A stretch of 64,000 nucleotides of DNA from Pseudobutyrivibrio ruminis HUN009 (GCF_000703005.1 NZ_JNLH01000001.1:2255542-2319541), one strand, 5' to 3'. Counted from the first letter of the stretch, positions 8,838-20,770 are shown. Numbers and translations are program-made. The notes: a model not told the origin generated them from the sequence alone.

Positions 8838-10638
8838 CTCCTATGTAATCCTTGTAGTAGATTTTTGGCAAATGAATTATGGCAGTGGTTCCTACATCCA
8901 ATTCACTTTCAATTTTCAGGCCATAGTCCTCCTTAAAATAAAGATTAATACGCTGATTGATGTTCCACAATCCAATACCAGAGCCTTTACCTTGAGATTT
9001 GCCCTTTTCCTTAAGCAAATCCTTTAGTTTCTCAGGAGGAATTCCCATTCCATTATCCTTAACTTCGATATAAATATCTCCATCCTTTTCATAGCCTTTT
9101 ATATCAATCACACCTTCATCATACAAATCCCCCACAGCATGATAAATGGCATTCTCTATTAAAGGCTGAATAATAAGCTTAATGGTGATGCAATCCTCAA
9201 TAGCGGGATCAACATCGATGTTTGCTTCAAACTTATTTTTATAACGAACCTTTTGAATCGCTAAATAATTCTTTGCATGAGTAATCTCATCTCTGATTGT
9301 AATGATATTGTTCCCCTTGCTAAGACTAATTCTAAATAGGGAAGCAAGGCTTGTAATCATAGAAATAGCTTCTGGATATTTCTCCGATTCAATCATCCAA
9401 ACAACGGAATCCAATGTGTTATACAGGAAGTGAGGATTTATCTGAGCTTGCAAAGCATTTAATTCGGATTTACGTTTTTCTTTTTGCTCCGCAACGCTTT
9501 CTTCCATCATGGTTCTCATCTGAACTACCAGAGATTTTATGGTACGGCCCAGATGCCTGATTTCATGAGTTCCACCAATAAATATTACATCCTCATCAAG
9601 CATACCTGCATCGATAACCCCAATAGAATCCTCTAGCTTCTTAATAGGGTTAGTAACCACTCTTGCAATGAAAAGGTTTCCAAAAAGAATCATAAAAATA
9701 GTTATTGTAAGAATAATAAGCATGAATACACGCAGCTGGAAGCTTTCGCCTATCAGCTCCTTTACAGGTGTTACGGATACAATTTTCCAGCCTGTGTAGC
9801 CTACCGTCTTTACGATAACTGCTCTTTCATTGCCTTCAAATGTCTCGATATAATTTCCATCATCATAGCTAGCCGCCACAATATTGTTTTCATTAGCAAG
9901 ACCTGAATATATAGCCTTTTGGGCAGGATGATAGATAATCTCCCCGTTTGAATCTATCAAGTATACATAGCCCTCACCAGACTCATTCGCCTTCATGAAC
10001 ATCTGCTCTATTGCGGAATAGTTCATGTCTACCAAAAGGATGCCTCGCCTGATATAGCCCATGTAATTTAAATCAATACTACGGGTGAGCGAAACAACCC
10101 AATAATATCGATAATTATCACTTTCAAACATGTTTTGAACATGTGGCTCCGAGAAGTGGAAATTCTCTGCTTTCTCTTCTTCAGTATCGCTAAACCAGGA
10201 CTGCTCCGTAAAATCCACCCCATTTTTTCTGGTGGCGATTGGCGCAGCAGAAATAAGGGCTCCATCCTGGGAAATGCATGCGATACTTATGAGATCATCC
10301 TTGTTTGCCTCGTACAGGATGTCCATTTCTTTAGTCATACTATCGCTAGTTAAATCCAAATTCTTGATTACGCTGTAGTACATACTATTGGAAACGCCCA
10401 TCATATTACGTAAATACGAATTAAGATTCCAGCTTATCTGCTCTACTATCTTCTCATCGTTATCAATAGCATTCTGTCTGGATGTATTGATATAGTTGGT
10501 ATAAAAGGCCATAGCCATAAAGCTCATGCTGATTATGGCAACCAACGTAAAGGAAATAGAAATAACAAGCTGTATACTCCTTCGCTTTGACGCGCGACGC
10601 AATCTATAAAATTGATTTTGAAAATCAAATAGTTTCAT
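8815..10638 (-). CDS. sensor histidine kinase, YesM/LytS family (two TM segments flanking a periplasmic dCache-like domain, HAMP, His_kinase, HATPase_c)
   Basis: NPHFLYNTLDSVVWM H-box of the YesM family and a GSGIGLWNINQRINLYF G2 box. TM segments are at about 20-45 and about 300-320 of the 607 aa. The stop overlaps the downstream PBP gene. Confidence 0.85.
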   Translation of the reverse strand: MKLFDFQNQFYRLRRASKRRSIQLVISISFTLVAIISMSFMAMAFYTNYINTSRQNAIDNDEKIVEQISWNLNSYLRNMMGVSNSMYYSVIKNLDLTSDSMTKEMDILYEANKDDLISIACISQDGALISAAPIATRKNGVDFTEQSWFSDTEEEKAENFHFSEPHVQNMFESDNYRYYWVVSLTRSIDLNYMGYIRRGILLVDMNYSAIEQMFMKANESGEGYVYLIDSNGEIIYHPAQKAIYSGLANENNIVAASYDDGNYIETFEGNERAVIVKTVGYTGWKIVSVTPVKELIGESFQLRVFMLIILTITIFMILFGNLFIARVVTNPIKKLEDSIGVIDAGMLDEDVIFIGGTHEIRHLGRTIKSLVVQMRTMMEESVAEQKEKRKSELNALQAQINPHFLYNTLDSVVWMIESEKYPEAISMITSLASLFRISLSKGNNIITIRDEITHAKNYLAIQKVRYKNKFEANIDVDPAIEDCITIKLIIQPLIENAIYHAVGDLYDEGVIDIKGYEKDGDIYIEVKDNGMGIPPEKLKDLLKEKGKSQGKGSGIGLWNINQRINLYFKEDYGLKIESELDVGTTAIIHLPKIYYKDYIGGDGNETK

Positions 10639-12239
10639 CAGCTTTCCCTTTGTTGTCTATACTTTGATGGTGATATGCCATAGGCTTTCTTGAATACATA
10701 GCTAAAGTAATTAGGCTCATCATAGCCAACAAGACCTGCTATTACATATGCCTTTTCATCTGTTGTTTCAAGCAGCTCTACCGCCTTTTTTAGTCTGATA
10801 TTAGTCAGATATGAAACAAAGCTTTCCCCTGTATTTTTCTTAAATACAGCAGAAAAGTAATTAGCGCTAACATTAAGGTTTGAGCAAACTTTATCTACCG
10901 ATAAGTCCGAATCCTTATAATGTTCCCTAATATATTCCTTAGCTTTATCTACAAGTACTTCTGTTGAATCCATTCGACTCTTTTTGATTTCCTTTTGGAT
11001 AAAGAAGCACTTATCTAAGAACCATTTTTCAACTTCCTGGATAGAATCAATATTGTCCAAAAACTCAAAAATATCACCATCATTGCCATCAATCGATAAT
11101 CCAGAAATATCATAGTTCTTTGCAAGTTTCAGGACTTCAAAATAAGCTTCCAGAATAGAAATCTTCATCTGATATAGCCCAATCCCTTTTTGGCTAAAAT
11201 TAGAAAAGAATTCATGAATAGTAACATTTAACTCTTCAGTCGAACCAATCTTAATTAGTTTAAGAATCGTATTTACGTTATCATTTTCAAATAGATTTAT
11301 ATCTGTCTTATCCGGCTCCACATCCATAATAGAAAATGCCTGATTTTCATCAAAAAGCTTTCTATAGGCAGTAGCCTCTCGAGCTGATTTAAAAGAACTA
11401 AATAAATCCTTAAGTTCATTTACCATTAAGCCAACACCAGCAGTAGTTGGCACCTCTATTAGCTTCGCAGAAAGCTTACAAATCATATCAAGATTAGAAA
11501 CAAACTCTTCGTATTCATTTTCTTTCTCAAAACAGCCCAGCACAATAACATTGCCCAGGTAATTCAAGCAATGATAATTTCCGTAGTCTTTTAATGTTTC
11601 CTTTGCAAGTTGATTCAATGAAACAGAAAATAGCTTTCTATCGGTATTATTAAATTGTTCACTGTTTTCAAAGGATAATTTGATTATGCCGACGGCATAG
11701 AAATTCCCCTTAATATCTTCTCCGTAATCAGACGCTATCTCAGCTATCCTATCAACCTCAATATGCCCCTCAATAAGGCCAATAAGAAACTGCTCCCTAA
11801 AAAATGGGAAGCTCTCCTGATAGTATTTTTCAAGATTTTGAAGATTCCGCCTCTTATCAAACTCCTCATCTAAGGTGTGTTTGATACGCGTAAAAATAGA
11901 ATGCAGCTCATCTGCATCAATAGGCTTTAAAATATATTCTTCGGCTGAAAGTTCGATTGCTTCCTTGGCGTACTCAAACTCATCATAGCCAGAGAAAATA
12001 ACAAATTTAGTTGCAGGAAGCTCCGCCTTTAACTGCTTTGAAAACTCCAAGCCATTCATAAAAGGCATATTAATATCAGTCATAACCACATCCGGCTGGG
12101 CCTCAAGCGCTCTCTCCAAAGCATCCTGACCGTTTTCCGCAGTTGCTACAACATTAAACCCCAAATCCTGCCAATTAATCTTTTTTTCAATGGCGATGCG
12201 GACTTCCTCCTCATCATCAACTAACATAACATTATACAT
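10638..12239 (-). CDS. two-component response regulator, YesN-type (REC receiver + AraC-family HTH output)
   Basis: MYNVMLVDDEEEVR...DVVMTDINMPFMNGLE receiver domain and a C-terminal AraC HTH (NYFSAVFKKNTGESFVSYLTNIRLKKAVELL). The 1-bp ATGA-type junction with the kinase gene indicates translational coupling. Confidence 0.85.
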   Translation of the reverse strand: MYNVMLVDDEEEVRIAIEKKINWQDLGFNVVATAENGQDALERALEAQPDVVMTDINMPFMNGLEFSKQLKAELPATKFVIFSGYDEFEYAKEAIELSAEEYILKPIDADELHSIFTRIKHTLDEEFDKRRNLQNLEKYYQESFPFFREQFLIGLIEGHIEVDRIAEIASDYGEDIKGNFYAVGIIKLSFENSEQFNNTDRKLFSVSLNQLAKETLKDYGNYHCLNYLGNVIVLGCFEKENEYEEFVSNLDMICKLSAKLIEVPTTAGVGLMVNELKDLFSSFKSAREATAYRKLFDENQAFSIMDVEPDKTDINLFENDNVNTILKLIKIGSTEELNVTIHEFFSNFSQKGIGLYQMKISILEAYFEVLKLAKNYDISGLSIDGNDGDIFEFLDNIDSIQEVEKWFLDKCFFIQKEIKKSRMDSTEVLVDKAKEYIREHYKDSDLSVDKVCSNLNVSANYFSAVFKKNTGESFVSYLTNIRLKKAVELLETTDEKAYVIAGLVGYDEPNYFSYVFKKAYGISPSKYRQQRES

Positions 12240-12392
12240 ACATTATTCCCCCATAAACACCTACCTCTAGTATAACAAAAAGCTGGTTACAGCTACAAGC
12301 CTTAGAGTTTCTTCATTCAGCTAAGAATGCTTCATTCAGAAACCTAAGAGCTTGCTGCCTACCAGCTTTAGCCTAGACTAAGAAATAATATA

Positions 12393-13568
12393 TTAGTTCT
12401 TTTTACGCTTAGAAAGAACGTCTACAGTAACAGCGCCAAGAAGTACAGCACCCTTTACGATTTTCTGGATATCTGTTGACCATCCAAAAAGTGACATACC
12501 GTTGTTAAGAACACCCATTACAAAGGCTCCAACAACTGCACCAAGGATAGAACCAGAACCACCAGCTACGGCAGCACCACCGATATAGCAAGATGCAATG
12601 GCATCCATCTCGAAACCATCACCAGCTTTAGGAGTAGATGATCCGTTTCTGGCTGAAAGAACGATACCTGCAATAGCTGAAAGAACGCCCATGTTTGTAT
12701 ATACCCAGAAGAAAACCTTGTTAGTATCGATACCAGAAAGGTTTGCTGCTTTTCTATTACCACCTAAAGCGTAAATCTGACGTCCAGCTACAGTCTTTGT
12801 AGTAACAAATGCGTAAATTCCAATAAGAACTACCATGATAAGAAGAACAAATGGAAGTCCATTGTAACGAGCAAGCTTGTAGAAGAAGAACCAAATAATG
12901 AAGAGCTCAATTACAAGCTTTGTAACTGTCTGCCAAGTTGGAGTAAGAACAAAATTATATTTCTTCTTTGTCTTGATTCCTCTGATTTCATTCCAAATAA
13001 GAGCTACTGAAGCAATAAGTGCAACAGCAATTGAAACTAAATCAAGAATTCCGTCACCAAAGAAAATCTTGTATGTAGGAAGGAAACCTGCTCCAATAAA
13101 GTTGTAGTTTGTAGGAAGAGGACCTTTTGTCTGAGCCTGTAAAAGTGTGTATGTTAATCCTCTACCCATAAGCATTGTAGCAAGGGTAACTACGAATGGT
13201 GGGATGCTCAAATATGCTATAAAGAATCCAGCAAACATACCAACTAAAAGGCCGATAGCAAGTGCTGCTATAATAGCAACCCACATATTCATTTTGTAAT
13301 CCATCATCATGATACCAGCTGTGGCACCACACAATGCAACTACTGAACCAACACCAAGGTCAACGTTACCAGTTAATACGCAAAGCAACATACCAATTGC
13401 AAGGATAACAACGTAACCATTTTGCATAACAAGGTTGTTGATGTTCATTGGTGTAAGGTTTTTGCCACCAGTAAGAATGGCAAATATCAAATAAATAACA
13501 ATAAGGGCAATGAACATGCCGTATTGTTTCATATCAAGACTTGCTTTTTTATTTTTCATTTCCATCAT
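12393..13568 (-). CDS. CUT2-family monosaccharide ABC transporter permease (MglC/XylH-like)
   Basis: About ten predicted TM segments. It is downstream of a two-ABC-domain ATPase and overlaps it by 20 bp. It resembles branched-chain/ribose-type (BPD_transp_2) permeases. Confidence 0.8.
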   Translation of the reverse strand: MMEMKNKKASLDMKQYGMFIALIVIYLIFAILTGGKNLTPMNINNLVMQNGYVVILAIGMLLCVLTGNVDLGVGSVVALCGATAGIMMMDYKMNMWVAIIAALAIGLLVGMFAGFFIAYLSIPPFVVTLATMLMGRGLTYTLLQAQTKGPLPTNYNFIGAGFLPTYKIFFGDGILDLVSIAVALIASVALIWNEIRGIKTKKKYNFVLTPTWQTVTKLVIELFIIWFFFYKLARYNGLPFVLLIMVVLIGIYAFVTTKTVAGRQIYALGGNRKAANLSGIDTNKVFFWVYTNMGVLSAIAGIVLSARNGSSTPKAGDGFEMDAIASCYIGGAAVAGGSGSILGAVVGAFVMGVLNNGMSLFGWSTDIQKIVKGAVLLGAVTVDVLSKRKKN

Positions 13569-15111
13569 CCTTTCTATTATGTGCCATTACACACTGCATG
13601 ATTTTTTCTTGAGATACTTCTGCACTAGAAAGCTCTCCCGCAATCTCGCCCTCATTGATAACGTAAATACGGTCACAGGTACCAATGATTTCAGGCATTT
13701 CAGAAGAAATAACAATGACTGCTTTTCCAGCCTTTGCTAAATCGTTGATAATACAGTAAATTTCGTATTTAGCACCAACATCGATACCACGAGTTGGTTC
13801 ATCCAAAATCAATACATCCGGTTGTGTAAGCATCCATTTAGCAAGGACAACCTTCTGCTGGTTACCACCTGAAAGTGATCCAACAACCTGATTGATGGAA
13901 TTCGATTTTATGTTAATTTTCTTTTTATATTCTTCAGCTGCAAGGATTTCCTCGTTCCCATTAATAACACCATGCTTTGAGAAGAACTTTGGACGAGCAG
14001 CAATTGTCATATTCTCCTTGATATCACCAATAAGAATAAGACCATTTGTCTTTCTATCCTCAGTTACATACGCAAGCTTGTTATCAATAGCATCCTTGAC
14101 TGTATTTAAATGGACTTCTTTGCCATTTATTTTTACAGTTCCTGAGATTTTCTGACCATAGCTATGACCGAATACACTCATGGCAAATTCGGTACGACCT
14201 GCTCCCATCAGACCGGCCAGGCCAACAACCTCACCAGCTTTAACTTCGATGTTAATGTCTTTAAGTACCTGACGCTCTGGATCATCAGGATGATATACAT
14301 TCCAATTCTTAACCTCAAAAATTGTATCACCAATAGTGACACCTTCTCTTTCAGGATATCGATTAGTCATTTCACGACCAACCATTGCCTTAATAACTCT
14401 ATCCTCAGAGAAATCATCAACACCCTTAACAAGTGTTTCGATTGTCTTACCATCTCTGATAATTGTAACGGCATCAGCAACATAGCTAATCTCGTTCAAT
14501 TTATGAGAAATAATAATACATGTAATACCCTGCTTCTTTAATTCAAACATGATATCAAGAAGCTTCTTTGACTCCTCATCATTCAAAGCCGCTGTAGGCT
14601 CATCCAAAATAAGAAGCTCAACCTTTTTTGCCATTGCCTTTGCAATTTCAATAAGCTGCTGTTTACCAACGCCAAGTGAATTTACTGGAGCATTGACATT
14701 TTCATTTTCAAGACCAACTCTAGCTAACATTTCCTGGGCTTTTTGTCTTGTCTTTGTCCAATCAATAACGCCCTTCATTTTAAGCTGTTCGTTACCTAGA
14801 AAAACATTTTCAGCAATTGAAAGAAGTGGGCTAAGAGCAAGCTCCTGATGGATAATAACGATTCCTTTCGCCTCTGAATCTCTTAAGTTATGGAATTTGC
14901 AGATTTCGCCGTGATATTCAACATCTCCCTCATATGAGCCGTATGGATAAACTCCTGATAAAACATTCATCAGAGTAGATTTTCCAGCACCATTTTCCCC
15001 ACAAAGAGCATGAATCTCTCCCTTTTTAACCTGCAGATTAACATCATCAAGGGCTCTAACTCCAGAAAACTCTTTTACAATATGCTTCATTTCCAAGATG
15101 TAATCTGACAT
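13549..15111 (-). CDS. CUT2-family sugar ABC transporter ATP-binding protein with duplicated ABC domains (MglA/XylG-like)
   Basis: Two Walker A sites (GENGAGKST and GLMGAGRTE) and two ABC signature motifs (LSGGNQQK and an [10 protein letters not shown]-region variant); 520 aa, typical of MglA/RbsA/XylG. Confidence 0.85.
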   Translation of the reverse strand: MSDYILEMKHIVKEFSGVRALDDVNLQVKKGEIHALCGENGAGKSTLMNVLSGVYPYGSYEGDVEYHGEICKFHNLRDSEAKGIVIIHQELALSPLLSIAENVFLGNEQLKMKGVIDWTKTRQKAQEMLARVGLENENVNAPVNSLGVGKQQLIEIAKAMAKKVELLILDEPTAALNDEESKKLLDIMFELKKQGITCIIISHKLNEISYVADAVTIIRDGKTIETLVKGVDDFSEDRVIKAMVGREMTNRYPEREGVTIGDTIFEVKNWNVYHPDDPERQVLKDINIEVKAGEVVGLAGLMGAGRTEFAMSVFGHSYGQKISGTVKINGKEVHLNTVKDAIDNKLAYVTEDRKTNGLILIGDIKENMTIAARPKFFSKHGVINGNEEILAAEEYKKKINIKSNSINQVVGSLSGGNQQKVVLAKWMLTQPDVLILDEPTRGIDVGAKYEIYCIINDLAKAGKAVIVISSEMPEIIGTCDRIYVINEGEIAGELSSAEVSQEKIMQCVMAHNRKDDGNEK

Positions 15112-15179
15112 ATTCTTCTCCTTCTTAAAAGTAATGGCGACTTAAGACTAAGTCGCCACTACAATTAATACATTAATTA

Positions 15180-16319
15180 CTATTCAGCTAACTGCTCCTC
15201 TGTGTAGTAGCCGCCATCAACAATGATTTCTTTGTAGTTGTCCTTATCTACTGCAACTGGTGTGCAAAGGTATGAAGGAACTGTAATCTTTCCATTGTTG
15301 TACTGCTCTGTGTCGTTGATTTCTGGCTCTGAGCCTTCAAGAACTGCCTGAACCATTGTTACGCACTTGTCAGCAAGAAGACGTGTGTCTTTGTAGATTG
15401 ACATTGTCTGTGAGCCAGCGATGATGTTCTTTGTAGCCATAAGCTCTGCATCCTGACCTGTGATAAGTGGCCAATCCTCGCCTACTGTGTAGCCTGCTCC
15501 CTCAAGAGCTGCCTTACATCCATAAGCAAAACCATCAAAAGCTGTTGCGCAGATATCAAGCTTTTCATCAGCATAGAAACCTGTTAAGTAGTTCTCACAG
15601 TTCTGCTGTGCTGTTTCCTGAGACCATCTGAGGATACAAGTATCTTCAAATGATGTTCTACCTGACTTACATACTAATGTACCATCATCAAGGTATGGCT
15701 GAAGAACTTCCATAAGTCCGTTGTAAAGCATTACAGCGTTGTTATCATCTGGAGATCCCATGAAGAACTCGATTGTGTAAGTCTCATCTGTGTTAGCCAA
15801 ATCCTTTGACTCTTCGATGTACTTACCAATTGCTGTACCAACACCCTTGTTATCGAATGTTGCGTAGTAAGAAACAGCGTCTGTGTCCATAAGAAGACGG
15901 TCGTAAGCGATGATAGGAATACCAGCTTCCTTAGCCTGCTCTTCTACGTTTACAAGAGCTGATGAATCAACTGCAGCGATTACTAAGCAATCAGCGCCAG
16001 CAGCAATCATGTTCTCAATCTGAGACACCTGAGCCTGTACATCATCCTCAGCATACTGAAGGTCAACCTCATATCCGAGAGCCTCAAGCTTCTCTTTCAT
16101 GTTGTTACCATCATTAATCCATCTCTCTGAAGACTGAGTAGGCATTGCAACTGCAACTCTCTTTCCGTTTGAAGCTGCAGGTGTTGAAGAATCAGAAGAT
16201 TCTGTTGCTGTGTCAGTTGTAGCAGCTGGATCAGCGCCTGTGTCTGCAGGGCCACATCCTGCAAATAACCCCATTGCAAGAGCGGCTGTCATCATAAAAC
16301 TTAGAACACGTTTTTTCAT
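15180..16319 (-). CDS. sugar ABC transporter substrate-binding lipoprotein (PBP1, ChvE/MglB-like)
   Basis: Lipoprotein signal with lipobox LFAG-C, Ser/Thr/Asp-rich linker, then a PBP1 domain (VAVAMPTQSSERW, CLVIAAVD, IPIIAYDR). Confidence 0.8.
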   Translation of the reverse strand: MKKRVLSFMMTAALAMGLFAGCGPADTGADPAATTDTATESSDSSTPAASNGKRVAVAMPTQSSERWINDGNNMKEKLEALGYEVDLQYAEDDVQAQVSQIENMIAAGADCLVIAAVDSSALVNVEEQAKEAGIPIIAYDRLLMDTDAVSYYATFDNKGVGTAIGKYIEESKDLANTDETYTIEFFMGSPDDNNAVMLYNGLMEVLQPYLDDGTLVCKSGRTSFEDTCILRWSQETAQQNCENYLTGFYADEKLDICATAFDGFAYGCKAALEGAGYTVGEDWPLITGQDAELMATKNIIAGSQTMSIYKDTRLLADKCVTMVQAVLEGSEPEINDTEQYNNGKITVPSYLCTPVAVDKDNYKEIIVDGGYYTEEQLAE

Positions 16320-16461
16320 TTTACCTTCTCCTCCTGTGTTTTCTTGACAACTTTGTTGTCGTTTTTAACTATAAATAGATATTAACAGTAACTTTTTTTG
16401 TTTAAAATAGAAAATTCTATTTATAATCTTTGAAATTCTACACTACAAATTGTACAAAATA

Positions 16462-16490
16462 AGAAAAACAAGCACTAAGGCTTGTTTTCT
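16462..16490 (-). terminator. intrinsic terminator downstream of azlD (stem AAACAAGC/GCTTGTTT)
   Basis: On the minus strand an 8-bp perfect stem with a 6-nt loop is followed by TTTCTT, immediately after the azlD stop. Confidence 0.5.
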
Positions 16491-16510
16491 TATAATACAA
16501 ATTCTTTATT

Positions 16511-16819
16511 TTAAGCTAATACCAATTCACATACGAATACAACAATGCAGCAAAGTGCTGCTACTTTAAACAGGCTTTGATTAAACCAGGCAGCTATAAC
16601 TCCCACAATCAATGCAATTATTCCAGCAAGCTTTACCTGTGTTGCATCAATGATTGCTGGAAATGTCATAACTGCAAGAGTCACATAAGGAACATAATAT
16701 AAAAAAGAACGAATGAATCGATTCTTTATTTGTTTTCTAAAAACTGTGACTGGCAAAATACGTATAAACGTACTAACAACGGCAGCCACTAATATATAAA
16801 TATAAGTTCTAGTCATCAT
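16511..16819 (-). CDS. azlD: branched-chain amino acid transport protein AzlD
   Basis: 102-aa protein with 3 TM segments, overlapping the upstream AzlC-like gene by 11 bp. Size, hydropathy and pairing fit AzlD. Confidence 0.7.
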   Translation of the reverse strand: MMTRTYIYILVAAVVSTFIRILPVTVFRKQIKNRFIRSFLYYVPYVTLAVMTFPAIIDATQVKLAGIIALIVGVIAAWFNQSLFKVAALCCIVVFVCELVLA

Positions 16820-17540
16820 CTTCCTCCATTGGATGCGGAAATAGTATTGCAGCTACAGCAGCAATTACAACAGTAAGAATAATAGTTTTTGTTCCAGCTG
16901 ATATGGATGCAAAAACTTCTAATCTAGATGCTAAATAGCTAAGAACAAAGCTTATTATAATAAACACTGCCACTATTCTGTGTTTTCTGGCTTCCGGCAT
17001 AATGCAAGCTAAAAACATTCCATACAAAGCAACAGAAAATGCACTAACCACTCTAAGAGGCATCAACTCTCCTGCAACAATTCCACATGAAGTTCCAAGA
17101 GCCCAGCAGGGAACTGCTATTGCACAAGCGCCATAATTATAGATTGGATTGATAAAACCAGGTCTGTTAATGGTTATAGCAAAAATCTCATCAGTGACAC
17201 TAAATCCCACTAGCATTCTATGAATCAAAGGGGTTTTAGGATCAAACTTTTGACTTAAGGCCGTAGACATCAGTAGATATCTGGCATTGACGACTAAAGT
17301 CATAATTGCCATTTCCACAAAACCAGCTCCAGCAGCCACTACCGTATATACGGCATATTCACCTGCACTAGCACGATTTAAGAATGAATTAATAAAACCC
17401 TGCAGTGGAGTGAAATGAGCGGTTCTAGCAAGAATTCCAAGAGAAAAAGCAACAGCAAAATATCCTAGTCCGATAGGAAAACCATCTCTCACTCCTTCTC
17501 TAAATACTGTTAAATTCGAATTAGTTTTTTTCAAATTCAT
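16809..17540 (-). CDS. azlC: AzlC-family branched-chain amino acid permease
   Basis: 243-aa polytopic membrane protein with an AzlC-like N-terminus (GFPIGLGYFAVAFSLGI) paired with azlD. Confidence 0.75.
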   Translation of the reverse strand: MNLKKTNSNLTVFREGVRDGFPIGLGYFAVAFSLGILARTAHFTPLQGFINSFLNRASAGEYAVYTVVAAGAGFVEMAIMTLVVNARYLLMSTALSQKFDPKTPLIHRMLVGFSVTDEIFAITINRPGFINPIYNYGACAIAVPCWALGTSCGIVAGELMPLRVVSAFSVALYGMFLACIMPEARKHRIVAVFIIISFVLSYLASRLEVFASISAGTKTIILTVVIAAVAAILFPHPMEEDDD

Positions 17541-17618
17541 ATTATTCCTTTATTTCACCAATTTTTTAAACTTTTTTCTTCTCAAAAGTGTAAAATAATA
17601 TACATAGGAGGATTTTAT

Positions 17619-18428
17619 ATGAAACCTGGCGTATATCAAGCCACTAAAAAAGACGGAACAGTCTATTATCGTGGCAACATCACTTACAACGGAAAACACA
17701 TCAGCATCGGTAGTTTTTCTACAGAAGCTAAATGCAACAAAGCTTACAACGAAGCTTGGAATATACTAAAAAATGATGATATAACCATCTTGAATATACA
17801 AAGCAAAATCAAAGAGCTTCCCTTTGATAAGTGCATCACTCTAATTAATTTTAGAGATAATCATATTTATATCAAAACTCCAATATATCTTCAGAGAAAT
17901 TATTTTCTATATTATTTAGATAAAACAACTATCTTGAAATTCGATAACGATGACCTCTTCTATTATTCAAGTCATAAGATTCAGTATCGCGGAGGCCACA
18001 TGTTTGTCAGTGATTATGGAATGCAGTACAACATTCTAGGCCGTTATGGCATCAAGCCTTACAGTGTTAAAGGTAAGGACTTTCTCTTCGCCAATGGTGA
18101 CGAAACTGATTTCAGATATTCAAACATTATAGTTGTAAATAAATATCACGGCGTATACCGCGAGGAAAAAGGCGGAAAGGTAATTTATGCAGCTAAGATT
18201 CATCTTAACGGAGATTTTATTGTAGGCCGTTATAATAGCGAAGCAAAAGCTGCTATAGCCTACAACAAGGCTGTAGATTTATGCAAAGCCCGCGGTATGA
18301 AAAAAGCATTTCCTACCAACTTTATATCTGAATATTCCCCTCGTGAATATGCCGACATATACACCGAAATCAAAATATCATCTCATCTGTATAAATTCTT
18401 TCATAATAAAAACTTCCGCGAGGCTTAG
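17619..18428 (+). CDS. standalone protein with two AP2 (integrase-type) DNA-binding domains
   Basis: Two copies of the AP2 pattern: GVYQATKKDGTVYYRGNITYNGKHISIGSFSTEAKCNKAYNEAW (N-terminal) and GVYREEKGGKVIYAAKIHLNGDFIVGRYNSEAKAAIAYNKAV (C-terminal), separated by about 130 aa of unknown sequence. No HNH or other nuclease motif is present. Confidence 0.55.
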   Translation: MKPGVYQATKKDGTVYYRGNITYNGKHISIGSFSTEAKCNKAYNEAWNILKNDDITILNIQSKIKELPFDKCITLINFRDNHIYIKTPIYLQRNYFLYYLDKTTILKFDNDDLFYYSSHKIQYRGGHMFVSDYGMQYNILGRYGIKPYSVKGKDFLFANGDETDFRYSNIIVVNKYHGVYREEKGGKVIYAAKIHLNGDFIVGRYNSEAKAAIAYNKAVDLCKARGMKKAFPTNFISEYSPREYADIYTEIKISSHLYKFFHNKNFREA

Positions 18429-18447
18429 GCCTCGCGGTTTATTTTTT
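18416..18447. terminator. bidirectional intrinsic terminator between the AP2 gene (+) and ilvC (-)
   Basis: CCGCGAGGC-TTAG-GCCTCGCGG perfect 9-bp stem followed by TTTATTTTTTT and preceded by an A-run. The AP2 gene stop codon TAG lies in the loop. Confidence 0.8.
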
Positions 18448-18451
18448 TATA

Positions 18452-19994
<1,543 letters not shown>

Positions 19995-20113
19995 AATGCT
20001 CTCCTAAAAATAAAATCTCGTTTGCACTTTAATGCTTTGAAGTACGAAACTATTACAAATTCTATCACAAACAATTTATATGTCAACCAAAAAGATTTCA
20101 GAATTTAGTAAAT

Positions 20114-20770
20114 TTAGTAATACTTTCCATCGTATGGGTTATACAGTCCCATTTGAATAGGTTGTCTCTTATCTTCGTAACACAAAGTAATATAATAATC
20201 TCTAAATTCAAATCCCTGTTTGGTCCAGTAAGTATTTCCCTTTTCAAAATCGCAATACTCACTAAAATCTATCCACTGAAGGACCTGCATAAGTGGTCTA
20301 TCCATCATTTTGCAGGTAGCCTCTTTAAAAGTCCAAACCTCAGTAAATTTTTTGTTCACCTCAGTTTTCTTTAAAGATTCAAGATACTCTAAATCAGCCT
20401 TTGTAAAAAAGCGTTCAACTAAATCCTTATCGTATGGACGGATTCGTTCAACATCTATTCCAACAGGCTTATCTGAAATTGCCGCTACTGCAAAAAAATT
20501 AGAATGTGAAATACTAAAATCTACATTTTTCGGCTGTATAAAAATGGGTTTTCCTTGAGAAGTTGATGAATAGACATATGGTCTTTCAATGTGATTTTCC
20601 CATAGAAGTTTTTCTAATAGATGGGCAGCACCTAATCTCTCACATTTGCCCTTTAAGGTCTTAGCCTCGTCAACATGCTCTCTCCTTTGGGGACTAATCA
20701 TGCTGTACACTTCATCAAATATGAACGGATTCTGTAATGGCTCACAATTATATGCTGCTGCTTTAATCAT
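20114..20770 (-). CDS. Sfp-type 4'-phosphopantetheinyl transferase
   Basis: GKPIF...FSISHSNFFAVAAISDKPVGIDVERI and WTFKEATCK match the Sfp-family PPTase motifs. The start is set at MIKAAAY, which follows an AGGGGGAG Shine-Dalgarno site. Confidence 0.7.
   Translation of the reverse strand: MIKAAAYNCEPLQNPFIFDEVYSMISPQRREHVDEAKTLKGKCERLGAAHLLEKLLWENHIERPYVYSSTSQGKPIFIQPKNVDFSISHSNFFAVAAISDKPVGIDVERIRPYDKDLVERFFTKADLEYLESLKKTEVNKKFTEVWTFKEATCKMMDRPLMQVLQWIDFSEYCDFEKGNTYWTKQGFEFRDYYITLCYEDKRQPIQMGLYNPYDGKYY

Noticed and set aside
19995-20113. Possible T-box or attenuator leader upstream of ilvH, and similarly upstream of glnS (5816..5853)
   Set aside because: Leaders are only about 120 nt and about 40 nt, with no specifier-loop/T-box consensus (AATTAGGGTGGNACCGCG) or terminator/antiterminator pair. 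Probably ordinary promoters.
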